Of a stretch of DNA of 42,496 nt, positions 1 to 9,010 are shown one piece after another. The position numbers and the translations under genes were made by a program. How positions within the stretch are numbered: the first letter of the stretch is position 1; the number at the start of each line of letters is the position of its first letter. The notes beneath the pieces are model-generated. The model was not told where the DNA came from. It did no database searches and was given only the letters and a program-made list of their open reading frames with translations. The stretch is from an uncultured Eubacteriales bacterium (GTDB taxonomy: Bacteria > Acidobacteriota > Aminicenantia > Aminicenantales > UBA8522): positions 1 to 42,496 of the forward strand of contig CAZNVB010000202.1 in NCBI GenBank assembly GCA_964576265.1, read 5' to 3'.

Positions 1-1
1 C

Positions 2-946
2 GAGCGGCAGGATTTTCAGGCAGATGATGGCATAGACTTCCTTGGCGTTCTCAATCCCCGGGACAAGAACGCGGGCCGCCAGCCCGGGGAAAAAGAAGAT
101 GGGGGGCATAATGAACATCAGGAAGGCGATCCACCAGATCATTTTCCGGACTTCCCTCTCGCTTTTCAACGTGTTGTATTTCTGGACCAGAGCCCAGCTG
201 GCATTGTAAGTCAGGATGGTAATGATGAAAACTGTAAAGAGGAGGTAACTCCAGCCGTAGGGTTCCGGCGCGGGATGGAGAAATCCGGCCGGCAACTGGC
301 GGAAAAAATCACCGAAATTTCCGATCTGGCCGAGGGTGATGATAAAGAGCGTCACCACCGCCACGGCGAGAATCGAAACATTGACGAAATCGGTCACCAT
401 GACGGTCATCTGTCCTCCGAGAAAGGAGTAGAGAATCATGATGACCCCGATGATCGCCATGAACGGGACGATCCCGAGACCGAGGCCCCGCAGGGCGACG
501 GCAAAAATGATCGAAGTCGAGAGAATTTTTAAAGAATTGTCGAACATTCGTAAGGGCAGCCCCGTCCAGACAAAAACCTGATGAACGGTCGGGCTGTAGC
601 GGCGCTCCATGAAACCGAGCGGCGTCACCACTCTCGACCTGCGCCAGAGATGGGCGGTGAAATAGCCGCCGAGCAGGATGCAAAGGGGCGAGATCCACAT
701 GATGATGATGGCGACGATGCCGTATTTGTAGGCGATCTCGTTATAGATGACGAAAAGCAGGGCACTGAACGAAGCTTTATAGAACGATGTCCCGGCCAGC
801 CACCAGGGCATGATGCTTCCGGCGGCGAAATAATCCTTGGCTTTTTGAATATACTGGGCAAAGGTCAGACCCACCCCGACGATGACCGCAAAATAAGCTA
901 AGATGACGAGATAATCGGGAAGGGCGATACTCTGAACGGATTCCAT
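2..946 (-). CDS. Sodium:solute symporter (SSS) family transporter, 5' part (runs off the window start)
   Basis: Not in the ORF track because it is truncated. Manual translation from the ATG at 946, with AAGGAGG just upstream, gives MESVQSIALPDYLVILAYFAVIVGVGLTFAQYIQKAKDYFAAGSIMPWWLAGTSFY...LWRRSRVVTPLGFMERRY, which matches the SSS N-terminal pattern (D..VI..Y, YF..G..MPWW, T...E.RY). Confidence 0.88.
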   Translation of the reverse strand, partial: MESVQSIALPDYLVILAYFAVIVGVGLTFAQYIQKAKDYFAAGSIMPWWLAGTSFYKASFSALLFVIYNEIAYKYGIVAIIIMWISPLCILLGGYFTAHLWRRSRVVTPLGFMERRYSPTVHQVFVWTGLPLRMFDNSLKILSTSIIFAVALRGLGLGIVPFMAIIGVIMILYSFLGGQMTVMVTDFVNVSILAVAVVTLFIITLGQIGNFGDFFRQLPAGFLHPAPEPYGWSYLLFTVFIITILTYNASWALVQKYNTLKSEREVRKMIWWIAFLMFIMPPIFFFPGLAARVLVPGIENAKEVYAIICLKILPL

Positions 947-1027
947 CAGTCGCCTCCTTTTCGTGGATTTCGGAGAAATCGAAGCCGCGCAGCGAACCGA
1001 ACCAACCGCAGGATCATCGGCTCTCTA

Positions 1028-1057
1028 ACAATACAAAATTTCGCCCTCCCATGACAA
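1028..1057 (-). promoter_or_regulatory. Candidate sigma70 promoter for the SSS gene
   Basis: Minus strand reads TTGTCA-N18-TATTGT, about 80 nt upstream of the ATG at 946. Confidence 0.4.
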
Positions 1058-1123
1058 GTGCCGTTTTTGCGATGCCGATTCTTTAACCTTGACCGACCCG
1101 AATTCCGAGCCTGCCTTGTCTTT

Positions 1124-1152
1124 TTGACCCCAGGGACAAAATTCGTTACCAT
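1124..1152 (+). promoter_or_regulatory. Candidate sigma70 promoter for the DUF362 gene
   Basis: TTGACC-N17-TACCAT, followed by the RBS GGAGGAG (1159-1165) and ATG at 1174. Confidence 0.55.
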
Positions 1153-1173
1153 AACTGCGGAGGAGAGTTGGCG

Positions 1174-2067
1174 ATGAAAATAAGGAGACGAGAATTCATC
1201 GAAAAATCCGGCTTGGCGATCGCTGCCCTCGGCGCCTCGAGCGCCTTTGCCGGGCTCCTTCCAAAACAGGAGGAAGCCACGCCCGACATTTCTATCGCCC
1301 GCAATGATTCCCTGCCCCGACTCCTTGAGCGCGCTCTCTCCCCCTGGAACGGAATGAAAAATTTCGTCCACCGAGGGGACAAAGTCGTCATCCTCCCGAA
1401 CCCTCAAGGGAATCGCCCCGGAGTCAGCACCAGTGCCGCCCTCGTCGGGCATGCCGTTCGGCTTTGCCTCGAGGCCGGTGCGGCGGAAGTGACGGTGGCG
1501 TCGATCCACAGCCCCGGTCGCTGGTTCGGGACCGGCGTTGTTCAAGCCGTTGAAGAGAACGGCGGAAAAATGCACTATCCCCAGTCAGGAAAGGATTGGA
1601 TGGAGATCCGGCTGACCGCCGGCATCCGGCTCAAGAAGGCGACGATCATCCGGAAGTCCAAAGAAAACGACGTTTTTATTAACATGCCGATCGTCAAACA
1701 GCACGATAGCACAAGGATGACCGCCGGACTGAAAAACCTTATGGGGTTCAACCTGGACAACCAGTCTTTCCACCAGGGAGAAGAGTACATCCACCAGGCG
1801 ATCGCCGACCTGGCCACGCTATTTTCTCCCCGACTGATTATCATCGACGCCTTCACGATTCTGACCGAGAACGGCCCGTTCGGTCCCGGACGGACGATCT
1901 CGCCGCAATCCGTCGTCGTCGGAACCGACATCGTTGCGCTGGACGCCTACTCCTGCCGCTTTCTCGGCCTCGACCCGGATGAAGTCGGACACATCGGCCG
2001 GGCTCATCAATTGGGCCTGGGGAGAAAAGATGTTTCCGCTCTGAGAATCGTCGAAGCCCGCGGCTGA
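1174..2067 (+). CDS. Tat-exported DUF362 domain protein
   Basis: Twin-arginine signal (IRRREFIEK..LAIAALGA). DUF362 motifs GDKVVILPN, DVFINMPIVKQH, TAGLKNLMG, ENGPFGPG, GTDIVALD. ATG 1174 preferred over TTG 1168 on RBS spacing. Confidence 0.85.
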   Translation: MKIRRREFIEKSGLAIAALGASSAFAGLLPKQEEATPDISIARNDSLPRLLERALSPWNGMKNFVHRGDKVVILPNPQGNRPGVSTSAALVGHAVRLCLEAGAAEVTVASIHSPGRWFGTGVVQAVEENGGKMHYPQSGKDWMEIRLTAGIRLKKATIIRKSKENDVFINMPIVKQHDSTRMTAGLKNLMGFNLDNQSFHQGEEYIHQAIADLATLFSPRLIIIDAFTILTENGPFGPGRTISPQSVVVGTDIVALDAYSCRFLGLDPDEVGHIGRAHQLGLGRKDVSALRIVEARG

Positions 2068-2084
2068 TGGAGCCGACTAGCCGC

Positions 2085-2113
2085 TTGACCGAGACTCTTT
2101 TCTGGATTAGAGT
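2085..2113 (+). promoter_or_regulatory. Candidate sigma70 promoter
   Basis: TTGACC-N17-TAGAGT. It supports a start at 2142 rather than 2067 for the next gene. Confidence 0.5.
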
Positions 2114-2141
2114 GGGATCGGCGATTGAGTTTATCACCGAA

Positions 2142-3470
2142 ATGAAAAAACGGCGGGTTCGAGTTTTCCTACTCCTTTTCTTGCTGATCGCTCTTCCGCT
2201 TGTCTCTGCCGTCAAACAGGTCCGGGTCATCGTCGACCGGGCGATCATCTACATCGAGCCCAGCCGCACGAGCAGCCGGATCGAGATCGTCGAAAAAGGG
2301 ACTCTCCTCGCCCTGTACCAACAGAGAAAAATCAAGGACGCCTGGTACTACGTCACCTTCAACTCCCCGCGGCTCGGCGCGCGGATCTCCGGATTCATTC
2401 ACGAATCCTCGGTCGAGCCGGTCGAAGAACGACCGGCCGTCTTGCCCAAGGTTGAAGAAAAACCGCCGGAGGAAAAAGCCAAGATTCTCACCCCTCAAGA
2501 AAAGCCCGCCGTCCAGCCGAAAGCGCCAGAAAAGCCGCTCCTGCCTCCTGAATCCGAGGCAGAAATCAAATCCGAAGCGAAACCTGAGCCCGAGATTCCC
2601 GCCAAACCGACAGTGGCCCTGATCCCAACGTCTTTGCCCCAGGCAAGGAACATCCTGTTTCCGCGCCGCAAGCAGATCCTCAACGAGCTTTCCTGGAAAG
2701 CTTCCGAATCGTCCAGGCCTGCCGCCGAGCCGAAATCTCCTGAGGTCGAGAAAAAGGCTGTCCCCGCCCGCATCATCGAAAAGCCCTCTCTTAAGCCTAC
2801 CGAGCCACCTCCTGCAAAAAAAGAAAAGGTGACCGGGATCTCGCCGCCGCCGAAGAAAGACCTCCCGATTGAAGAAAAGGCCGTCGAACCGCCGGCCGAA
2901 AAAGAGGAAAAGAAAATCGAGCCGGCTCCGCCTCCCCCGTCTCCTGTCCGGCCGGCTCGGGTTAAAACTCTCCCGACAGAGGTTTCAGCCCGCAAGCCGG
3001 ACTTCCTGTCCTTCGGTTTGGGTTTCGGGACGTCTTTTGGCGGGGCGGGTGCTTCTCTCGAAATACGGACGAAATCAGGGTTGGCGGTCCACGGCGGGTT
3101 CGGCCTTTATCCCACCTCCTTGATCTATTCCGAAACAGAATGGGTGAAAAATCGAACCCTGTTCAGCTTCGGAATCAAGTATTACCTTCCTCTGAGATCG
3201 AATCTTTTTTCCCCTTATCTGGATTTTCAGTATGGCGGATTGAGAATTGAAGCCGCCCAAATCGTCATCGGAATTTGGGAATACGCCTATGTTTTTCATC
3301 AGGAACAGAAAGCCCTCTTCGGGCCTTCCCTGCTCGCCGGGACAAAGATCCGGCTGGGTCGGATCGGAATCAACGGCGGCCTGGGCCTTTCCTACTCCCT
3401 GACCGATTGGGATTTTCTGGAAAAACGGGTCGCCCTCTCTTTTGATGCCGGCGTTTTCTTCCATTTTTAG
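2142..3470 (+). CDS. Exported SH3b-domain protein with Pro/Glu/Lys-rich linker and C-terminal outer-membrane beta-barrel
   Basis: Signal peptide MKKRRVRVFLLLFLLIALPLVSA. SH3b-like segment (VRVIVDRAIIYIEPS...WYYV...GFIHESSVE). About 190 aa P/E/K-rich linker. Amphipathic Gly/aromatic strands ending FDAGVFFHF (terminal Phe, a BAM-type signal). Confidence 0.75.
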   Translation: MKKRRVRVFLLLFLLIALPLVSAVKQVRVIVDRAIIYIEPSRTSSRIEIVEKGTLLALYQQRKIKDAWYYVTFNSPRLGARISGFIHESSVEPVEERPAVLPKVEEKPPEEKAKILTPQEKPAVQPKAPEKPLLPPESEAEIKSEAKPEPEIPAKPTVALIPTSLPQARNILFPRRKQILNELSWKASESSRPAAEPKSPEVEKKAVPARIIEKPSLKPTEPPPAKKEKVTGISPPPKKDLPIEEKAVEPPAEKEEKKIEPAPPPPSPVRPARVKTLPTEVSARKPDFLSFGLGFGTSFGGAGASLEIRTKSGLAVHGGFGLYPTSLIYSETEWVKNRTLFSFGIKYYLPLRSNLFSPYLDFQYGGLRIEAAQIVIGIWEYAYVFHQEQKALFGPSLLAGTKIRLGRIGINGGLGLSYSLTDWDFLEKRVALSFDAGVFFHF

Positions 3471-3570
3471 CCCTTCTAAAAGTCCTTTCGCTTTCCGCGC
3501 TTGATCGAGGAAAGAGATCTGATCGGCGATTTAAGCGAGATCTGGCTTTTCGACTTCGTTCCGAATGAAT

Positions 3571-3600
3571 TTGAATCCTTTGCCCATCTTATGTTATAAG
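3571..3600 (+). promoter_or_regulatory. Candidate extended -10 promoter
   Basis: TTGAAT-N18-TATAAG with TGn immediately before the -10. Confidence 0.35.
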
Positions 3601-3629
3601 CAAAATCTCGGTTCTCAAAGGACAAGCCG

Positions 3630-4493
3630 ATGATCCGTCAAACCTTGAGCATTCCCTTTCGCCGTGCCCTCGGATCAGCCTTGATCTTTTTCTTTTTTCA
3701 TCCGGTCTTCTCCGGTCCGGGGACTGCCGATCAGACTCGGACGGCTGTCCAGGAAAAGCGAGAGACAACAGTCCGCAATCTGACCAAAGAAATGGTCCGC
3801 TACACCATCCGACGCCTTCAATCCGATGTGCAACCCATCGCCCGTTTTCTCAAGCCCGAGGGGCTCGATCGCTGGCCCTGTTCCGGGGAAATGGACATCG
3901 AATTCAGCCGCGGCGAGGAGACGATCAGCTATCGTCTGGAATGCGGCTTATCCTACACGTTTCGCTACGATGAGAGAGATCGGCTGGAACTCTACAGCGG
4001 GTCCCACGGACTGTTCGGCGTGGTCGATCTGGCTCCTTTTGTGCCCACGCCGATGGTCGTCGTCGAAAAAATGCTCGAACTCGGCGAGGTAGATGCCAAC
4101 GACATTCTCTATGATCTTGGTTGCGGCGACGGCCGGATCGTCATCACGGCAGCGAGAAGGTTCGGCACCCGGGGGGTGGGCATCGACATCGATCCGGAGC
4201 GAATCGCAGAATCGAGAAAAGCTGCCCGCGAGGCCGGGGTCGAGCCGCTCGTCGAATTCCGCGAACAGGATGTCCTCAGAGCTGAGTTTTCAGCCGCGAC
4301 GGTGGTGACGCTCTATCTTCTTCCCGAATCCAACGCTCTCCTGCGGCCTCTCCTTGAAGCTCAGCTCAAACCGGGCACCCTGGTCGTCTCCCACAATTAT
4401 TCCATTTCTGGTTGGGAGAGCAAGGAAACCCATTATGTGACTCTTCAGAACGGCGCCGGACAGGAGCATACGATTTACGTTTACAAGCGCTGA
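3630..4493 (+). CDS. Class I SAM-dependent methyltransferase (FAM173/aKMT-like) with N-terminal extension
   Basis: APFVPTP..VVEKMLEL, YDLGCGDGRIV, GIDID, ATVVTLYL, PGTLVVSHNY. Preceded by a hydrophobic signal-like stretch and a ~95 aa unknown domain. Confidence 0.88.
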   Translation: MIRQTLSIPFRRALGSALIFFFFHPVFSGPGTADQTRTAVQEKRETTVRNLTKEMVRYTIRRLQSDVQPIARFLKPEGLDRWPCSGEMDIEFSRGEETISYRLECGLSYTFRYDERDRLELYSGSHGLFGVVDLAPFVPTPMVVVEKMLELGEVDANDILYDLGCGDGRIVITAARRFGTRGVGIDIDPERIAESRKAAREAGVEPLVEFREQDVLRAEFSAATVVTLYLLPESNALLRPLLEAQLKPGTLVVSHNYSISGWESKETHYVTLQNGAGQEHTIYVYKR

Positions 4494-4598
4494 CCATAGA
4501 AAAGCGGACTCCGGTGTCTGGAAGATGTCATCAAGAAAAGTTAGACCAAGGAAACCATCCTGAAGACTGGCGAGATTGACCGAGGAGGAAGGCAAAAA

Positions 4599-5705
4599 AT
4601 GAGACGATTTGTTTGGCGCAAGGCCATGATGTTCATTTTTCTTTTGACGGCTTACTCGGGCGCTCAGGAAACACCGCCCGGCAAGAACCCTATCCGGGTA
4701 GGGATCATTCGCTGCGACACCCACGGGATGTACTTCGGACCCCTCCTGAGTCGGCACGATCCCTGGAAACTCCGCGATCCGCTGAAGTTCACCCCGGGAC
4801 CGCAGCGTTATACCTGGCAGAGCGGGGCTTCCCATTTCGCCTTTTACGGTCACTACTATCAGCAGGATAAAATGACCGTTCCCTTCGTGGAGGGTTTCGA
4901 GGTCGTCAAGGTCTGGGACGAGTTCCCTGACGCCGCCGAGTGCGCGGCGAATGTTTTCATCAACAAACCTCAGGTGGCGAAGACCTTCGAAGAGGTCTCG
5001 GACGGGGTCGACCTGGTCATTGTCGCCGATTCGAACTTCGACGGCTCCGACCACCTCAAGCTGGCCTCGCCAGGGCTGGCCAAAGGGGTCCCCACTTTCG
5101 TGGATAAGCCTTTGGCTTCAAACTACGCGGAAGCGAAGGCCATGGTCGAGCTCGCTCTGCGGCATCGCACTCCGCTCCTCAGTCTGTCGATGCTTCGAGT
5201 CCTGCCTGAAGCCGAATTCTTCCGCCACCGCTTTCCCGAAATCGCGCCCGTCCAATTCGGCGTCATCAGGGGCGGCTGGAAGACTTTGGCGGCTCAGATT
5301 CACTCTCTGAGCCTGGCCCAGCTGCTTTTCGGCCCGGGAGTCGAGGAAGTGGAATGCATGGGCGCATCGCCGCTGGCCACCATTCACTTGAGCTACGGCC
5401 AGCGGCCCGATCGGCCCGAGGACGGGGTGATGGTCCTTTGCATCTCCGGAAAATCGTCGATCCGGTCCCAGTATTATGCCTCCGCTTACAGCGAAAACGG
5501 GGCTATCCATTCCAATCCACTGAATTACTTCACCTACCCCTACGGGGCCGTCGAAATTATCAAAAAAATGAAAGAGATGGTTTGGACCGGCAAACCTCCG
5601 GTACCCTATGAGGAGATGCTCGAACTGATCGCCATCGTCGATGCCGCTCGGCTCTCGCAAAAAGAAAAACGGCCCGTCCGGCTCGAGGAAATCACCGCCC
5701 AATGA
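4599..5705 (+). CDS. Gfo/Idh/MocA-family oxidoreductase with signal peptide
   Basis: RBS GAGGAGG. Signal peptide ending AYSGA-Q. IRVGII Rossmann strand, GVDLVIV, H...A...L.KG.PTFVDKPLA, C-terminal AARLSQKEKRPVRL. Confidence 0.8.
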   Translation: MRRFVWRKAMMFIFLLTAYSGAQETPPGKNPIRVGIIRCDTHGMYFGPLLSRHDPWKLRDPLKFTPGPQRYTWQSGASHFAFYGHYYQQDKMTVPFVEGFEVVKVWDEFPDAAECAANVFINKPQVAKTFEEVSDGVDLVIVADSNFDGSDHLKLASPGLAKGVPTFVDKPLASNYAEAKAMVELALRHRTPLLSLSMLRVLPEAEFFRHRFPEIAPVQFGVIRGGWKTLAAQIHSLSLAQLLFGPGVEEVECMGASPLATIHLSYGQRPDRPEDGVMVLCISGKSSIRSQYYASAYSENGAIHSNPLNYFTYPYGAVEIIKKMKEMVWTGKPPVPYEEMLELIAIVDAARLSQKEKRPVRLEEITAQ

Positions 5706-8700
5706 AAGGGACGTCTGCCATGTGGCCTCTCATTTTCTTGTTGTGCCTCGGCCTTCTTGTTGGGTTGGCCTACTCAGCGATGAGGTCGGAGGAGGAGCCC
5801 AGCCATATCGAGCCTTTTATTTATGAACAGAGTTTTTCTACCGGAGAACTCGTGGGCTGGGCTTCCTATCCGCCAAATCAGGATACGGCCTACGACCCTT
5901 ATGTTTATCCAGGGAAAATCCGCCCCGACGATCCGGGGATTTGCCTGGTCGTTCGAGCGGAGCCTCCTTGGAACGAGGACCAGCTCCTGGGCGCCGTGAA
6001 GATCATGGATTTCATTCTCGATCGAAGTTTCCGACTCGGCTTCCGGTTCTATCTCAAGACGGTGGACCGCTCGACGGAACTTGCCGTTCACTTCCCCCTG
6101 GCCGACGGAAGACGTCTGATCTACCGACTGCCGGAGCCGCCGCAGAACCGCTGGGCGGAGATCGATCTTTCCTGGAAAGACCTTCTGGCCGCCGGACTCG
6201 TGTCCGAGAAAGAAAACAAGCTGCGAGTGACAGCCCTGGCGCTCACCGCCCGGATTTCTCGTGCCGACCCGTCGGTTCCGATTCATCTGGGTCTCGACGA
6301 CATTCGCCTCTGCGGCATCCGGGAAAAGTCGTTTAATTTTTTTGAACCGGAAGTGACCGTCCTCGACGAGTGGAAAGAGCGCATTCCCCGCCGCCACTAT
6401 CGGCAGGGAGAGATCTTTCGCCTGAGCGGAGATTTCGGCTTCCTTCCGGACGAGGTTCGATTGGTCATTTCCGAGTTTATCGATCGAAATAATATTATTT
6501 TAGACGCCCGCCTCGATCAGGCGAAAAATAAGCTTTGGGAATCCGGGAAGATTCTGATTTCTCCGGACCGTTTTCCCCTCGGTCTTTATCGCGGGACGAT
6601 CACCGCCCGAAAAAAAGCCGCTGTTGTGTCGCGAACCGAATTCACTCTTTTCGTCGTCTCCGAATCGAAAAAGCCCGCTCATCCCCGTCTCTTTTTCGGC
6701 CCGGGAGAACTTCGCCGCTTTCAAGAACGCCTGAATTCGGACCGTTTCCGGCCGGTCCTCGAACGTTTTCTCTCTCGGGCCAGATCCTACCGGGAAGAGC
6801 TCGAGCCGGCAAAGCTTGTTTTCGATATCGACCAGTTTCCCGAACAAGACTGGATCGCCAGCCTTCCCGCCTGGTACAAAGACCGGTTTATGGCGTTCCG
6901 CGAAGCTCTTTTCACCAATGCCGTCGCCCTCCTCAGCGGCCGCGATGATGAAGCCGGTCCGTTTGCCAGAGCGCTTCTTCTTCAGCTTTCTTCCTGGCCT
7001 CAATGGAATCATCCCTGGATGGAGCGACGCGGTTTTCACACCTATTACCCCCTGGGCGAGTTCGCCGAAGCTTTTGCCGTGGCCTATGATGCCGTCTTTG
7101 ACCAACTCTCCGAGGAAGAGCGGAAATTGGCCCGTCGAGGACTGATGAGGAATTACATCAAGCCCGCCTACCGCACCTACGTCGAACAAAACCAGGTGAC
7201 GAGCAATTCCTCGAATTGGATCAGCCACATTGCCGGCGGAGCTCTTCTCGGATTGATGGCCATCGCCTGGGACGACGCCGAACTCGGCGACCTCGAACCC
7301 TGGCTGACGGGTTTTATCCTGAAAGAACATCGATATATCACGACGGTTTTCGGCCGGGACGGCTCATACGGGGAAGGCTTCCGCTATTACAACTTCGCCA
7401 TGAAATCCTTCGCCAAAACCATTCCCACCCTAAAGAGAATTTTCGGGCTCGACCTCTCCGCCCCGTTTTTCGGCTCGCACCAAGAAACGCTTTGGTCCTC
7501 CATCGTCGAGAAGAATCTCTCATTTGGGTTCGGGGACACGGAAAGTTATCTTAAGCAGGAGGCCCAAGCGTGGTGGATCGGCGGGGAGAGCGGCCCGATG
7601 AACAACTGGGCTTGGCTTCTCGAACTTTCGCGCGATCCTTCCCTCGCCTGGCTCTACGGCCAACTCAAGGAATTCGACACCCTGCAAGAGGTCCTTCATG
7701 AAACCTCCGACATCCGGCCCGAACGGCCCGAAAGCCTCGGCACGGTCCGGTTCTTTCCCGATGTCGGGACGGCCGTCTTCCGTTCCGGTTGGACTCCGGA
7801 GGACTTCCTTTTCGTTTTTCGCAGCGGGCCTTTTTTCAACCATCAACATCTGGATCAGGGCTCTTTTGCCTTCGTCGATCATGGAGAGGTTTTTCTTGAA
7901 GAACGTTATGACGGCGAGCATCACTACTACGACGACCCGGTCTACCGCAGTCATGCCATTCAGCCGATCAGCCACAACACGATTCTCCTCAACCGCAACC
8001 CGCAGAGTCAGAAAGTCGGCGACCCGAAAGGGTTTGCCCCCGGGATGAATGACCAGGCCCGGCTTCTTCACTGGCTTGACGCGCCGGATCTGGCGTTCGT
8101 CGCCGGAAGCCTGGAAAAGGTTTATGTCGACGAAGTCCGCCAACTCAAACGGAATGTCGTTTTTCTTAAACCGCGGTCGATCCTTCTCATCGACGAGATC
8201 GTTCCGGCCCGAGCTCCGATCGAGGTCAACCGTCTCTTCCATACCCGTTGGAAAAAAGATATCTGCCCAGGAGACTGGGAGAGCCGGATTACGAAGGGCT
8301 CGAAAGTTCTGCGCCTTGTTCATCTGGCCCCGGAAACAGCCGTCAAAGAAATCCTCCGTGAGCCGCATTTTCTTTATCAATACGCCGCTCGTCCCCTGAT
8401 CGAAAGAGGTTATCTTCAGATCTCGGACCGAACGGAAAAAGAGAAACTCATTTTCGCCGACCTGCTCAGCGCTGCTCCTGAAGGAAGCCCTTCGCCATAT
8501 GAGATCGAGAAGCACAAAGAGTCCGTTTCGATCCGCCGAAAAATGGGAGAACGAACCCAAACGGTCGTTTTGAATCTCGGCTCGTCCATTTCGCTCGGCG
8601 ATTGGTCGAGCGATGCGCTGATTCTCGCTTCGAGCTCACGGGGGGAAATTTTCCTGGCCAGAGGAACGACTCTTTCCCTGGAAGGCGGAATCAAACTCCA

Positions 8701-8926
8701 TTCGGACAGGCCTTTTTATGGTCTCCTCCGCCGGGACAATGATCTCCTTGAACTCGAAGCGAATCAGGAAGAAAAAACGACTGTTTCTCTCTTTGGCCTC
8801 GTCGCACCGCGGCGGATCGTCGTCAACGGCCGGCCGTTCAAGGATTTCCGCTTTGATTCTTCCCTGTCTTTACTGCAGATATCTCTCCCCCCGGGGTCAA
8901 GTCGGATTCTCGTCTTCGGTCGATAA
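5702..8926 (+). CDS. Heparinase II/III-family (DUF4962 + Hepar_II_III) polysaccharide lyase-like protein, paralogue 1
   Basis: Signal peptide; HPRLFF, SNWISH, DGSYGEGFRYY, FGD, G.AVFRSGW, HQHLDQGSF, SHNTILLN. ATGA overlap with the upstream gene; alternative start 5720. Confidence 0.85.
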   Translation: MKGTSAMWPLIFLLCLGLLVGLAYSAMRSEEEPSHIEPFIYEQSFSTGELVGWASYPPNQDTAYDPYVYPGKIRPDDPGICLVVRAEPPWNEDQLLGAVKIMDFILDRSFRLGFRFYLKTVDRSTELAVHFPLADGRRLIYRLPEPPQNRWAEIDLSWKDLLAAGLVSEKENKLRVTALALTARISRADPSVPIHLGLDDIRLCGIREKSFNFFEPEVTVLDEWKERIPRRHYRQGEIFRLSGDFGFLPDEVRLVISEFIDRNNIILDARLDQAKNKLWESGKILISPDRFPLGLYRGTITARKKAAVVSRTEFTLFVVSESKKPAHPRLFFGPGELRRFQERLNSDRFRPVLERFLSRARSYREELEPAKLVFDIDQFPEQDWIASLPAWYKDRFMAFREALFTNAVALLSGRDDEAGPFARALLLQLSSWPQWNHPWMERRGFHTYYPLGEFAEAFAVAYDAVFDQLSEEERKLARRGLMRNYIKPAYRTYVEQNQVTSNSSNWISHIAGGALLGLMAIAWDDAELGDLEPWLTGFILKEHRYITTVFGRDGSYGEGFRYYNFAMKSFAKTIPTLKRIFGLDLSAPFFGSHQETLWSSIVEKNLSFGFGDTESYLKQEAQAWWIGGESGPMNNWAWLLELSRDPSLAWLYGQLKEFDTLQEVLHETSDIRPERPESLGTVRFFPDVGTAVFRSGWTPEDFLFVFRSGPFFNHQHLDQGSFAFVDHGEVFLEERYDGEHHYYDDPVYRSHAIQPISHNTILLNRNPQSQKVGDPKGFAPGMNDQARLLHWLDAPDLAFVAGSLEKVYVDEVRQLKRNVVFLKPRSILLIDEIVPARAPIEVNRLFHTRWKKDICPGDWESRITKGSKVLRLVHLAPETAVKEILREPHFLYQYAARPLIERGYLQISDRTEKEKLIFADLLSAAPEGSPSPYEIEKHKESVSIRRKMGERTQTVVLNLGSSISLGDWSSDALILASSSRGEIFLARGTTLSLEGGIKLHSDRPFYGLLRRDNDLLELEANQEEKTTVSLFGLVAPRRIVVNGRPFKDFRFDSSLSLLQISLPPGSSRILVFGR

Positions 8927-8952
8927 AGGAGATTTTCCCAAAAGGCCTATGC

Positions 8953-8982
8953 TTGCGGCGCGGCTGGGCCCATCGTTATAAT
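8953..8982 (+). promoter_or_regulatory. Candidate sigma70 promoter for the peptidase
   Basis: TTGCGG-N18-TATAAT (consensus -10). Confidence 0.5.
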
Positions 8983-9010
8983 GAGAATGCTCTATGGAAA
9001 GGAGAGCGTG

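Noticed and set aside
946-1575. 209 aa - strand ORF
   Set aside because: Overlaps the DUF362 gene antisense and the divergent promoter region. The real - strand gene starts at 946.
2067-2141. N-terminal extension of the SH3-barrel ORF
   Set aside because: A promoter-like element lies inside it and the signal peptide starts at Met 2142.
2420-2990. Pro/Glu/Lys low-complexity region as a possible DNA tandem repeat or TonB
   Set aside because: No periodic nucleotide unit is visible, and the C-terminus is a barrel rather than a TonB_C domain.
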